Positions 37,487 to 51,485 of a stretch of 64,000 bases of DNA are shown here, piece after piece (within the stretch, counting starts at the first letter, position 1; each line of letters begins with the position of its first letter). The notes beneath the pieces are model-generated. The model had not been told where the DNA came from. It saw only the letters and a list, made by a program, of their open reading frames with translations, and did not search any database. This stretch comes from Octopus vulgaris (Eukaryota): the NCBI GenBank assembly GCA_951406725.2, contig OX597817.1, forward strand, positions 135,160,001 through 135,224,000. The letters run 5' to 3'. Both the position numbers and the translations under genes were made by a program.

Positions 37487-38192
37487 ATTCTCTCTCTCCC
37501 TCTATTTCTCTCTCTCTCTCTCTCTCTCACACACGTAAACCAACAGGAACAACTGCACCCTATTAGAAAAGGAAAGGCGATGTTATACAGCGCTGCTTTG
37601 GCAGCCATTTTATTGACAAAACATAAACAACAAGCGTCAGCCATATTTATCTCTCGTACAACGGAGAAATACACTGACAATTCATAAGATGACGGGTGTA
37701 TATATCTCCTGCAGTAGAGAATTTAATAGACAGTAAGAGTATACATCATACAGCAACGAAACACTGTCAGTTTAATAGACACCGTATGTATATATAACAA
37801 GTGTTTATTGGATAGGCGCCATGTTCGATACCGGTGCTTGAGTACTGAACCTGTACGCACATCTATATACACATCTATATACACATGTATATACACACTG
37901 TTACATGTAAAAGCTAGTGCGCACACAGCAAGACACACATGATTATCTTTATGGCCACGTGTGAATGATACATAAATGTCTACATACTTTTATGGATATG
38001 TGTATGTATACCCTGAAATACATATAGTCACACATGAGTATTTTATATATGTATGTGTGTTTGTGTGTGTGTGAGTGTGTGTGTGTGTGTGTTTGTACGT
38101 ATGGGTTAAGGAGATATATACAGTTACTTTTTTAATGCATACATATATATATGGTGCGTGATGGCTATCTTTGCGTTTATATATTTTTTTTT

Positions 38193-38269
38193 TCCCCTGA
38201 CGAAGGAGGTATTATTGAAATGCACCCTAGTGCTTTAAACATAATACACCCCTGAAATGGCCATAGGGA
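38193..38269 (+). ncRNA. Type I hammerhead ribozyme motif, intact core
   Basis: tccc CTGACGA aggaggtattat..loop..ataatacacccct GAAA t ggcc ATA ggga. Stem I tccc/ggga, long stem II, palindromic GGCC loop III, AUA triplet. Confidence 0.75.
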
Positions 38270-38454
38270 TAAGTAAACATGATTTCCTTCTTATATATAA
38301 GGCTTATTTTACCTGATTAAGATTTCTAAACGATGAACATTATTTTACTTTATTTACACGATATATATATATATTATATTTTTTATATGCTCCTATATGT
38401 ATATATATTTATATATGTTTTATATATTTTTATATGCTTATATATTTTTATATA

Positions 38455-38865
38455 CCTCTTTCTCTTTACTTGTTTCAGTCATTTTGACTGCGGCCATGCT
38501 GGAGCACCGCCTTAGTCGAGCAAATCGACCCCGGGACTTATTCTTTGTAAGCCCAGTACTTATTCTATCGGTCTCATTTGCCGAACCGCTAAGTGACGGG
38601 GACGTAAACACACCAGCATCGGTTGTCAAGCAATGCTAGGGGGACAAACACAGACACACAAACATATACACACACACTTATATATATATATATACATATA
38701 TACGACAGGCTTCTTTCAGTTTCCGTCTACCAAATCCACTCACAAGGCATTGGTCGGCCCGGGGCTATAGCAGAAGACACTTGCCCAAGATGCCACGCAG
38801 TGGGTCTGAACCCGGAACCATGTGGTTGGTTAGCAAGCTACTTACCACACAGCCACTCCTGCGCC
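38455..38865 (-). mobile_element. SINE family B, full length
   Basis: Minus strand: ggcgcaggagtggctgtgtggtaag (A box) ..ggttcagacc (B box) ..ttgggcaagtgtcttct (CORE-like), central (TA/TG)n, tail ggtgctccagcatggccgcagtc..gactgaaac. Confidence 0.92.
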
Positions 38866-39163
38866 ATATCTCTCTATATATTTTATATATTTTTATAACT
38901 ATATATTTTTATATATTGCTTATATTATATTTTACTTTCTACGTCCTTTTATAAATGTATTCTCTTTGAATCGCTAGAATATTAATTCTAAGTTTTAATG
39001 ATAAGAATTTTTCTCGCACCATACCATATTATTATTATTACGTGCTGTACATATGAATTTTGTTCCATCTTGCGGGTTATATGTTTATTCTATAATTAAA
39101 TGTTCGAATTATGAAATGACATGCGGTTGACTTTGTATTTGCTTGTTCAATGATTTTAGTTTG

Positions 39164-39209
<46 letters not shown>

Positions 39210-39595
39210 AAATAAGCAACAGGATATCCAGCGGTGATACAGTACGACCGTTTCAAGAGGCTCCATTTAATTGAACAATGCAATCATTACATCAATTTAA
39301 ATGCAGGGCTATCCTCAGCTGCTTAAATAAATAGATATCATTTCTTAATCATTCAGACACATTAATATAAATTTACTTAAATACTCTAATAGAGTAAGAA
39401 GACAGACAAAGACGATGCTGCCAGCACTTCAGCTTAGAAGTTTCTAAGACATCAGGACAAAAATTTGTTGGGGTTGTAGCTTGAAACGGATTTTTGTTCA
39501 GTTTTAATTTATTAGTCTTGTTTATCAATTTCCAAATCTAAGACTAAAGATTGTGTCTCTTAGAAAAGGGCAGGAGAGAGTTGACAGAGCATAGT

Positions 39596-39952
39596 GGGGA
39601 GGGGACTAGTCGATTAGATCGACCCCAGTACGCAACTGGTACTTAATTTATCGACCCCGAAAGGATGAAAGGCTATGTGTTCCGTGCGAGCTGGAGTGAA
39701 TTACTGCTCTAGAAGGCGAATATCAAACACCGAGGATGAGCAGAAATAGCTCGAAACGGCTCGGTCTGGTGATGTCGTGGCTGGGAGAAGGCAGGGGGTC
39801 ACTCACGCCGGCTTTATATGATATATCGGTTGTGGACTGCATCGAACAACCAGCAAAGGAGGCGTCCTCCTGGTAGTAACGTCGGCTCCTACTGGGATCG
39901 ATCTACTCGACAAGCCCCCTCCCCAGAAATTTCGGGACTAGAGTAGAAAAGA
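39596..39952. mobile_element. Two oppositely oriented SINE A fragments (39596-39673 -, 39891-39952 +) around a hammerhead-bearing insert
   Basis: ggggaggggactagtcgattagatcgaccccagt vs actgggatcgatctactcgacaagccccctcccc (inverted). Confidence 0.7.
39721..39774 (+). ncRNA. Degenerate type I hammerhead-like motif
   Basis: atcaaaca CCGAGGA t GAGC agaaata GCTC GAAAC ggctcg GTC tggtgat. One core change and an imperfect stem I. Confidence 0.55.
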
Positions 39953-40019
39953 ATAAGCAATATCTGTACACCATTTCAAATACTCTATACATATGTAGAT
40001 ACAGAATTTATGTATGTGT

Positions 40020-40072
<53 letters not shown>

Positions 40073-40282
40073 CGTGTGTGCGTGCGTGTGTGGGTGAGGG
40101 TGGCTGTGTGTGTGCGTGCGCGGATGTGTGTGTACGCGTGTGTCTGTGTGTGTGTGTGTATGTGAGCGTGTGTGTGCGTATGCGTGCGTATGTGTGAGCT
40201 TGTGTATGTGTACGTGAGTGTGCGCGTGTGTGTGTGTGTGTTTGTGCGCGCGCGTGTGTGTGTGTCGTTTATATTTTTATTG

Positions 40283-40504
40283 TTTACTTGTTTCAGACAT
40301 TAGACTGCGGCCACGCTGGGGCACCGCCTTGCAGAATTTTTAGACGAATGAATCGACCTAGTATTTTTATTGTTTCTCTTATGCTTGGTACTTATTGCGC
40401 CGGTTACTCTGGTTGAACCGCTAATTCACGGGCATGTAAACACACCAATACTAGTTCTCACGTGGTGATGGAGGACTAACACAGAGACGCACACACAGCT
40501 ATAC

Positions 40505-40572
<68 letters not shown>

Positions 40573-40775
40573 AGATATCGTATACGAGTATATATTTGTA
40601 AAAGAAGTTTGAAAATGCCACTATATTAGATAAATTTTGACGGGCTTCTTTCAGTTTCTATCTACCAAATCCAACTCACTAGGCTTTGGTCAGCTCAAGG
40701 TGCTACCCACGCAGTGAGACTGAAACTGGAAGCATGTAGTCGAGAAACAATCTTCTTAACACAGAGTCACACCTG
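40283..40775 (-). mobile_element. SINE family B, old full-length copy
   Basis: gactgcggccacgctggggcaccg...gggcttctttcagtttctatctaccaaatcc...acgcagtgagactgaaac. Confidence 0.8.
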
Positions 40776-40841
40776 AGAGAGATTTACTTGCTATTTCTAG
40801 CCAGCCAAACGACCAGGTCAACGCTCCACTGATAATGCGCG

Positions 40842-40884
<43 letters not shown>

Positions 40885-41130
40885 TTTGTAAGGATCATAA
40901 ATATTAAGAATTCGCCAGACAAGTAAGTGATGGCTGCTAGACATGCTGTTACCAACGTAGACTGAGTTAAGTACACACCCCACCCCGCTGTTTTAGCTTT
41001 TACGAATTTGCTGCATTCATGGTGGATGTTTAGTAGACAGTGCTTAAATAAATTGCGTAACTGGCCCATTAAATCAACTGTGTGAATGCGCATTGAACAA
41101 CCGACAAGCAAAACTATTCACTTATACAAG

Positions 41131-41162
<32 letters not shown>

Positions 41163-41175
41163 CATACATACATAC

Positions 41176-41229
<54 letters not shown>

Positions 41230-41359
41230 GTGAGTGTGTGTGTATATATACAAAGAGAGAGAGAGAAAGAGACATACACGCATAGGTATATAAGTATATA
41301 GATACACAGACAGAGAGTTAAAAAAAAGGGCGGTTATATATACATATGCAGTATGTATG

Positions 41360-41394
<35 letters not shown>

Positions 41395-41403
41395 AAATAT
41401 ATA

Positions 41404-41471
<68 letters not shown>

Positions 41472-41663
41472 CAGGTATGTAGAAGTATGTGGGTAGGTAA
41501 GTAATGAGTACTGTGTGCGCTAACCGATAATTTAAAGTGTGCTTAGTATTGTATATTATATAGTTGTAAGATTTACTACGATTAGTATAGAGTCTAATAT
41601 CTCTAAGTGACTCTCATTTTCATTTCTAGGAATTCTAGGTTTGTAGCACATCCTGAACCTCTT

Positions 41664-41725
<62 letters not shown>

Positions 41726-41759
41726 TATATATATACATATATATATGTATATAAATGGT

Positions 41760-42840
41760 GTTAAACGCAGGTGTTATTCAAATTCTTTTACCTCCGATAT
41801 ATGTTTCGAAGAAAACCTTGGTATTATTCCAGAAGGAATAAAATGGTGTAAAACAATGCAATCTTCTCATCAGAGAAAGAAAGTAACCAAACACATCAAT
41901 AAGACATTTTAACAGAATGTGATGACTGCGTATATGATGAAGGGAACGCTATCAAGTTTTGTAAACTGTTATCAGTCATAACGTCAAAGGAAGTTTATAG
42001 AAAGAGAAGGTGGAGAAAGAAAGAAATTAGCAGAAAAGTAAAAGTGGAGAGATATAGAGCGATAGGTGAATAGGAATAAAGCTTAAAGGCATGGAAGTAG
42101 ATATATTTAGCGGAAGTGCAACGTAAGAAGATAGTCAAAGGTCGAATTTTATAGAATGGTAGAAATCACTTATAGGAACTGAACGTATGTTTCTGCCAAT
42201 GTTCGCAACGATAAATGCGTTCTATAAACGTGTTTACAAGAGAATTCCTTGAGAATAGGATAAAAACATTTCACTATTACAAAGGGAGCAAGCAGATTTA
42301 CTTTTGTCATAAGGTAAAGAAATAGAGAGAATATTCCATTCCAAATCAAATGGTTTATTATGATCCTCTAGATACCAGTATTTTTACGTTTATTAATATT
42401 CCTAAATGTACAGTAATGATTCGATATTCTTTTGCACAACTGAGATGAAGAACTACCGCCAGAACCGGAAGTAATTTTACATTGATAGAGTTTTTAGTCT
42501 TGGATTTACCGCTAAGAAAACGAATGCAATTGGAGTCGACTTCATGAACACTAACCCCGCTGTTAATATTATTTAAAGAATGGTTAGTGTTAACAATATC
42601 AAAGTTAATATTTTCATTAAGTGGATTTGTATTTAACAACTTATTGTTATGCGAAGAGATGATTTGCGAAAGATTTTTTGTGTTAGAATAACCTACCCTG
42701 ATTCGGTGTGAATTAATAATCGAATATCTTGAATTTCTTGGGAAATTCTTTTCTATAGCTTCTCGAAACTGGTAAGGGGGGGTTGGATTTGATCTGCTTA
42801 CCATATGGAATTATTAACCAAACAGTTTTACTAGTACATA
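41760..42840 (-). mobile_element. Penelope-like element 3' end (linker + GIY-YIG remnant + pLTR)
   Basis: IRVGYSNTKNLSQIISSHNNKLL, then KRISNH..TFRN, FDLEWNIL..PYDKSKSACSLCNSE, CEH. A hammerhead lies downstream. Confidence 0.82.
41791..41878 (-). ncRNA. Type I hammerhead motif in Penelope pLTR
   Basis: ttct CTGATGA gaaga..(internal hairpin ttattcc/ggaataa)..tcttc GAAAC atat ATC ggag. Confidence 0.65.
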
Positions 42841-43221
42841 TTAGGGTAATTATTGTTATTAGGGTAATTATCCTTAAAAGTCCTCGATGTATATTTATAA
42901 CGAAAAAAGGGTATTAAATAACGGTTATCTCCCTTACGATGCAGAAATGCATTACTTGATTTGGTGTTGTTATTCGAAATAAAATTAAATTTGTTAATAT
43001 CGTTAATAAATTTATTTATCTATATTATACAAAATATTTCACCTAAACCTGGAGTTTCTGCCTTTATAAATAGGCTGTTAACATTCTTGTTACTTGTGTG
43101 AAGTTTTGGTGCCCTAGTAAACACTGGAAAAAACACATACATTTATATATATATATATATATATATAGATATGTGTGTGCATGTGTATGTATCTACACAT
43201 GTCTGAGCGCGCGCGCGCACA

Positions 43222-43301
<80 letters not shown>

Positions 43302-45432
43302 AATCAATGTACACCGTGTTATAGACGCATTACGATCGATCTAGCTAATTGGTTTGGCACTGAGATTTAAAACCCGATGTTACATATCACCACGTGCTCT
43401 CTAGTGCTGCCAGCTATGGAAAAAAAATAAGGTAACTGCTCACCGTCGTCGGGGGCAAAAGAAATTACCTGATGATGACTGCCATTGTAGATGCCTACAG
43501 GATAAAAATCAATCTGACGAAAGTAGATGAGTTTGGAGGAGGGGATTCAGTGCCTCTCTAATAAAGTGTATATATGCAAATTAATTTTCTGTATTTCATT
43601 CAAATGTGGCAGGAAGGAAACAAGTAATCTTTATCTCCACATCTCCAAAGTTAGAAGCAGCAGACCAGGTGGTGACAAAGCATCATGCTGTGTTGGAATC
43701 CATGACGCAGTGTAAGCAACTCGAATGCTGTTTTATAATCTTGATTCACACCAAGGACCCAGGAACCATTTTGGCATTCTTGTTCAAATTGTCAAGACTT
43801 TATCAATCCACTGAACGTAATGTGTGAGAACGACAGAGAGAGTCTGACGACGATGCAGCTGTTTCTCACTTAAAAATAAAAGCTAGCATTAGTCTAGGAT
43901 TGAAATATTTTCTTCTCAACTTCCTTGTTCTAAGTGTTCTTTGTCCACTGCGCTTGGAAAACAACAAGAAGAGGAGACAATCGGAAGAGAAAACTAGTGT
44001 AGATGGACAGAAAATCTCGTGTTGGTGACAGAGGGCTCAACGAGATCACTACACTGATGGATTCTTAGTTATAGTTACAAAAACAAATGTTGTGGAAATG
44101 ATAAACTCCAAATTCAAATACTCGTCAATGTTTTGTGAGTATAACTGAGTGATGCGCGACTGACAGGTCTTCCATTAAGACTCAACCAATCTAATATTGG
44201 TTATTTGGTGTATTCCAAACAGTGGCGACAATGAACTGCGGCCATTTTCGTACTTTCACAAACGCAGTATGATGTCGTATAGACAGAAGTGGCGGTTCTC
44301 TAGGATCGCCACAGTATGGCGTCCTTTATTGAAGTACAGCGTAGTAAATCTTGGTCTGATGGCGGCAACGTTTCGTGCCACCGACGGCGGAATTGCATAA
44401 CGAGGGTAGAGGATCACACATTGCAACAATGAAATATCGCCACTTCTTTACCTTCAGACACACCGAAGGTGTAAAGAGAGGTGGGGCAGGTTGTAATTCT
44501 CTGACGCCCGACACAAATGTGTTCCCTGCTGAAGTGCTACGTGGTCGAATTCATTGTCCCCATTGGTCATTAATGTACAAACACCATAACCACAACCAGC
44601 TTACTCTTCTTTTCTCTTTCATTATTTCCTGCTCTCTTTCTTTCAATTATTTATATATTTCATATATTTGCTTCTTGTAGCTGCCAGATTTTCGTCAAAT
44701 ACGGCGGACGAGATTAAGCACACGCACGCACATACAAACAACAACACAAGCCCACGCACACAAATAAAACACACACACACATACATATGTATGTATGTAT
44801 GCATGTATGTATTTATGTATGTATGTATGTATGTATGTATGTATGTATGTATGTATGTATGTATGTATGTATGTATGTATGTATGTATGTATGTATGTAT
44901 GTATGTACGTGTATATGTATAGATATATGTTTGTATGCACGTGCTGTATGTATATGCATTTTGCTTATGGAACAACGATACTTCGCAAATGTACAGCTGT
45001 TTCAATACATCGTATTTAGTCAACGAATTTAAAATATTTTTTAGATCATTGACAATACACAAAGTATTTATACAACTGTATATTTGTAAAGTGTCATTTT
45101 ACTAACAAAATGCACATATGTAAATATATATATATATATATATAGATATATATAGATATACGAACATATATAAATAAATATATAGACATGTACATACATA
45201 TATATAATATTTACATACATGCACACATATATTGTATATATTGTAACACTACTAAAGTATGATTTTACTAATAAACCGTACATATAGGCGCAGGAGTGTG
45301 GTGAGTAGCTTGCTTACACATCGTTCCGGGTTCAGTCTCACTACATGGCACCTTGGACTATAGCCTCGGGCCGACCAATGCCTTGTGAGTGGGTGAGTGG
45401 ATTTGGTAGACGGAAACTGAAAGAACCCCGTC

Positions 45433-45740
<308 letters not shown>

Positions 45741-45743
45741 ATA

Positions 45744-45796
<53 letters not shown>

Positions 45797-45900
45797 TGAT
45801 AGAAATGGTAAGACAACTAAAGAATGAAAGAGACCTCGATATTATGTAAATAGAGGAATTTATCTGTAAATGTAATATGCCACAATTATTAGGTAGCCAT

Positions 45901-45961
45901 GATAAAACTCTGAGTTTCGGATATCGGGGTGAAAATCCACGCCGCCATCTCTTCAGTTATC
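45901..45961 (-). ncRNA. Type I hammerhead ribozyme motif, intact core
   Basis: rc gataa CTGAAGA gatggcggcgtggattttcaccccgatatcc GAAAC tcaga GTT ttatc. Stem I gataa/ttatc, GUU triplet. Confidence 0.7.
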
Positions 45962-46038
45962 CGGCCATCGAAAAAAATGCCTCGGGCTGACCAAAGCCTT
46001 GTGAGAGGATTTGGTAGACGGAAACTGGAAGAAGCCTG

Positions 46039-46115
<77 letters not shown>

Positions 46116-46703
46116 TGTGTATGTGTATATATGAGTGTGTATATGTTTGTGTCTATGTTTGTCCACCCCCTCTCACCCAAAATCACTTAACAACCGAAAC
46201 TGGTGCCTTTACGTCCCCGTAACTTATCAGTTCAGCAAAAGAAAACCGATAGAATAAGTACTGGGGGTCGATTTGCTCGAATGAAGGCGGTGCTCCAACA
46301 TGACCGCAGTCATATGACTGAAACAAGGAAAGGAGTAAAAGAAAGAATATATAAGGATGCATGTATATGTGTGTGCTTCTTTATGAGTGTGTGTACATAT
46401 ACGCAAATACATATAACATTTAGATACCTACACATACATATATGTATGTAATATACATACATATGTATATGTATATATACATGTATGTGTTATGTATGCA
46501 TGTTCGTATATATACACACATGTATATGTATGCATATACATGTGTGTATAAATACATACATTTATATGTATATGTATATACATATATATGGATATATATG
46601 ATATATATGATAAAAATTGGCACATGTATATATACATATATGTATAAGTACTTAGAGATACACAGTATGTGTATGTATATATATATACATATACATATAT
46701 ATA

Positions 46704-46740
<37 letters not shown>

Positions 46741-46818
46741 ATGTATGTACATATATCTAGACATGCATCTAGACGTGTCCGAATATGTTATATATGGAGA
46801 GGGTGAGTTTGTGCGTGT

Positions 46819-46870
<52 letters not shown>

Positions 46871-46982
46871 ATATGTGCATGTTTATTAATATGTGCGGTT
46901 TGTGGATGAGTGCGTGTGTTTTGAGGTGTGCGGGTCTGTGTTGCAGTTTACTTTCTGCATTGCGGAATAGACAAACGGTGAT

Positions 46983-47680
46983 TTAACCCCTTAATTGATT
47001 ATCCCGAGTTTACTCGTGCTTCGCAAATTTCTCTTTTTAGAACCAGACGAGTATGCTCGGTCAAAATTAACTTTTAATTTTAGCACTCAAAGGAGTTTAT
47101 TTGTTTTGTGTCGTTTCATTTTTGAGCAATCACGAATTTACTCGTGGAAAAAAATATACGTGGCAAAAAAATATTCTAAAAATGTATTTTTTCATTTGAT
47201 GGATTTGGCTCTCTGGAATGCTTTTGTTTTGTATAAAGCATCTTCGGAAACTTCAGTTTCTGCTATGAAACCGCTGAAATTTTGAATGCAAATAGTCACC
47301 AAGATTATTGAAAAATATAGGCCCTTATTGCCTCTTACGAAACCAGGAAGACCATCATCGATCCCACATCCAACAAGATTTTCCCCAGCCGGTCACTTTC
47401 CCATGGAAATACCACCAAGTGTTAAGAAAAAGAACCCTACAAGACAGTGTGCAAAATGCGCAGAGAAGAGAAGATTCGAAGAGAAAGCAGGTACATGTGT
47501 GATGTCTGTAAGATAACTTTGTGTATAACTCCTTGTTTTAAAAATTATCATTCTAAATAAACTGTCTATCTCATTTAAAAAAAAAAATTCCTTTGATTTA
47601 AAAGCAATACATCTTATAAAAAATCGATGATAGTTAATTTATATGTATTTTTTCAATGTCCGAGTTAACTCGTTTAAATC
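46983..47680 (+). mobile_element. Internally deleted piggyBac element (transposase C-terminus)
   Basis: TTAA|CCC left end and repeated cgagt.tactcg subterminal motifs. KKYSKNVFFHLMDLALWNAF.LY, HFP, RQCAKC..RESRYMCDVC..LCITPCFKNYH (Cys-rich domain). Right TIR not found. Confidence 0.85.
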
Positions 47681-48792
47681 CAAATGAGTAAAAGTACATT
47701 TTAATTTCTATAATAAAAATAAAGGAAACAAAATTTTAAAAAAACTTTTTTGTAAGGAAACAAAATAAAAAATAAAGGAAACAAAATTAAAAAAACTTTT
47801 TTTTTTGTAAGGAAACAAAATAAAAAAATTTTGTCCAACAAAACACCCGCTTTAAAATCAAGAGGAAAATTTTATGACTGTACAAAAGCATAATACCAAA
47901 ATGGACACGGACTATTTTGCTTTACTTGTCCGCGCTTGGCTCATTCTCAATTTTAAATCTGAATTGATCTTTATATGCTTTGGCACAAATACCAACTGAA
48001 AACTGATTAACCAGCTCTCATCAATATCATCTTCCTGTTCAACAACAGATAACAACATCAACATTCTCAGATGATAAGATTCAAACGCCCACTTCATCAG
48101 AGCCTCTATACAATATTAACACGTCTTATTCTACATCCAGTAAAACATGTTTTAGTATTTATGTCGTACGTCCTACGGCTAGGATCTTACACCCAAATCC
48201 ATTCGTTACAATACTCAAAGCCAGCACCCTGTCTTCCATATTACATGTTTTGTTCTCAAATCTTCAAACAGGAATTATTTGCTTCGTGCTTACACCTCGC
48301 TGCATCATCATTACCCCGCGCTTCGTACTTACAAAACCCCCTACATCTTAATTATCTGTACTTACTTTAGGGTCCACTATAATAGTTATTCCACTAACAT
48401 AATACTCCTAATAGTGTTTATTTTCTTATTTACTCTTTGCTGTTAATTTATTTTTATTTCTTGTTTTATTTTCAACATTCTGTTATTATTTTTTCTTATT
48501 TAATAATTTTATGCTATTTACTTTTATATATATTATTTTCACTGTTTATTTTCTTTATATTAAAAATATTTTTTAAGTTATCCATTTATATTTTTATGGA
48601 TACATTTTTATTGATACATTTTTATATAAATTATTTGTATAATTTCGTTTTTCATTTATCATTTTTGAAGTCATATTTAAAAAATATTTTCTTCATAATT
48701 TTTAATAGTTTTCGTATAATTATTGATATATTTTTAACCTATATTCTATAAATAGATTTTTATTAATATACACTTACACACGTACATATATA

Positions 48793-48834
<42 letters not shown>

Positions 48835-49330
48835 TATGCATGTATATTCTTGTATTCATTAACATATTGACATTCTATTAAATTATGTATTTGTTTTATA
48901 TTTCATAACTCTTGTATTTTTAATATATTGATATTTAATATATTGATTTATTTTAATATTGATTTATTTTATTTATCTCATAATTTATAATTTAGCATTT
49001 ACGCAAGCACAATATTCAATCTTTATAAAATTTTACAGTTTTTTTAAATACAGAGTGCGGCAGACAAACCTCCCATATTTTAAACGGCCATTGGTGAGGC
49101 ACTAGTGAAGGTAGACTGGTTGTAATAGTGACTTAATGAAGCTAATTCTTTATCGTTTCGTGCTTTTAGTTTTCATCATGGTTTAGCACGGTGCACAACG
49201 TATATATGCTGTTCATACATTTATCAAGACTTGTGAATTTGAGGCGATTTCGTTGTGCCATATATTGGCTTCTACTTGTACCAAATATTAAATGAACGAT
49301 AAATACTTTTTTTAAAACATTGTTTATTTA

Positions 49331-49525
49331 TTAGCACGCCGAACAAAATGCTTAACAGAATTTCTTCCGGCTTTACATTCGAAGTTCAAATTTCACTGAA
49401 ATCGACCTTGCCTTTCATTCTTTCGGATTCGATAAAATAAGTACCAGTTGAGTACTGGGGTCTTATGTGGTCGACTATTCTCCTTCTCTAAACTTTCTGA
49501 CCTTGTGCTTATAGGAGAAAAGATT
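49331..49525 (+). mobile_element. SINE family A, degenerate
   Basis: ttagcacgccg..agttcaaatttc..cttgcctttcattctttcgg..gataaaataagtaccag. Confidence 0.8.
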
Positions 49526-49538
49526 ATTATTATTATTA

Positions 49539-49611
<73 letters not shown>

Positions 49612-50143
49612 CTTTTTTTTCTTCTTTCAAATTTGCTTCCATTTCTTGCCGAGTGTCTTCCCGACTCCTAGGGCAAAGAAACTCATAGTATACATTGGTA
49701 GGCCATTAAACTAAATTCACTAGTTCGTTCATTTTTTTTTTAAGTTAAATTAAAATACATCGGTAGTAATAGTTCTCACATCGACAATGCTCTTCTCAAT
49801 ACGTGTGATGTACCAGTTAAGACAATCTTTTGCACTTCTTGCTGGGATGGTAAGCCAGGGATCATTCTCATATAATTTTCGGTTCCCTTCTTGATCATTC
49901 CTAGTGCTCCTACGATCACTGGTATTGTAACCGCCTTGAGATGCCACATTTTCTCAATTTCAATGAGCAGGTCTTTATATTTTCTGAGCTTGTCAAACTC
50001 TTTCGCCGAGATATTATGATCACAGGGGATGCTCATGTCGATCAATAAGCAAACTTTATTGTTTTGGTCTTTCACAACAATATCTGGTTTATTGGCTTTG
50101 ATGGTTCGGTCTGTATGTACTGGAAAGTCCCACAGAATCGTTA
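49612..50143 (-). mobile_element. Dong/R4-like LINE 3' end (RLE), second family
   Basis: ILWDF..TD..IKANKPDIV, LIDMSIP, KLRKYKDL, IPVIVGALG, QKIVL.GT; lies within (TAA)n. Confidence 0.88.
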
Positions 50144-50297
<154 letters not shown>

Positions 50298-50304
50298 GTC
50301 GTCG

Positions 50305-50336
<32 letters not shown>

Positions 50337-50406
50337 CTGTTGTTGTTGTTGTTCTGTTGTTGTTGTTGTTCTGTTGTTGTTGTTGTTGTTGTAATTATTA
50401 TTATTG

Positions 50407-50462
<56 letters not shown>

Positions 50463-50502
50463 GTTATTGTTATTGTTACTGTTATTGTTATTGTTATTGT
50501 TA

Positions 50503-50557
<55 letters not shown>

Positions 50558-50570
50558 GATTATCATTATC

Positions 50571-50610
<40 letters not shown>

Positions 50611-50737
50611 ATATTATTATTATTATTATTATATTTTTGACTTTTGCTTTATATTTGTTACATTATTATTATTGTTATTATTATTATTATATGTTTGACT
50701 TTTGCTTTATATTTGTTACATTATTATTATTATTATT

Positions 50738-51293
50738 GAGTGAGAGAACAGTTCATGCCATCAAAGTGACACTGGGGTAAAATATACGAAGCCCAATATA
50801 CCCATCATGACTACCCGTCTGATAAAGGTACACCAGGCACATGCATCACAACCATATGTGCGCGACATGGTGATCTCATATCAAGATAAACAGCGCATGA
50901 CCTTGCAGGTGGGGCCCAGTTAGAATTTTCTTCATTTTGAGTAGCCCATCCTGCTCAAACGGTCCCTGAATAAGGGTTGTTTAAGGATGTTGAAAGAACC
51001 ACCCATGTTTCCAGAGGTGAACTATTCAAACCCCAAAGAATCCCTCTCAACACATGGCTATGATGCTCCCCCACTACTTCTGCTCGTGATCAGAGATGCA
51101 CATATCGTCAGCCACTAAGGGACATGCTCAACTGGTTAAGGTCAAACAACTGACAAGCAAATCTGTGGTATTGAGCAGAATATTTGCTGTAGCCCATCTT
51201 TTATACCAAGACAAAACAATGTACATGATAACACTTCCAATCAGTTAAGATCAGAAGCCATGAGAGCCACTGCCTGGTACTGCATCAGGGCAT
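50738..51293. mobile_element. ~555-bp non-coding interspersed element, copy 1
   Basis: About 98% identical by eye to 53687-54238, with near-identical ends; both copies sit inside (TTA)n. Confidence 0.8.
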
Positions 51294-51302
51294 TTATTAT
51301 TA

Positions 51303-51353
<51 letters not shown>

Positions 51354-51361
51354 CATTATTA

Positions 51362-51410
<49 letters not shown>

Positions 51411-51485
51411 CATCATCATTATTATCATTATCATTATTATTGTTATTGTTATTATTATTATTATCATCATCATCATCATCATCAT

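Noticed and set aside
44190-44560. GC-richer unique patch with C/EBP-like attgcataac and short ORFs
   Set aside because: No recognisable protein, RNA structure or repeat; a lone motif is insufficient.
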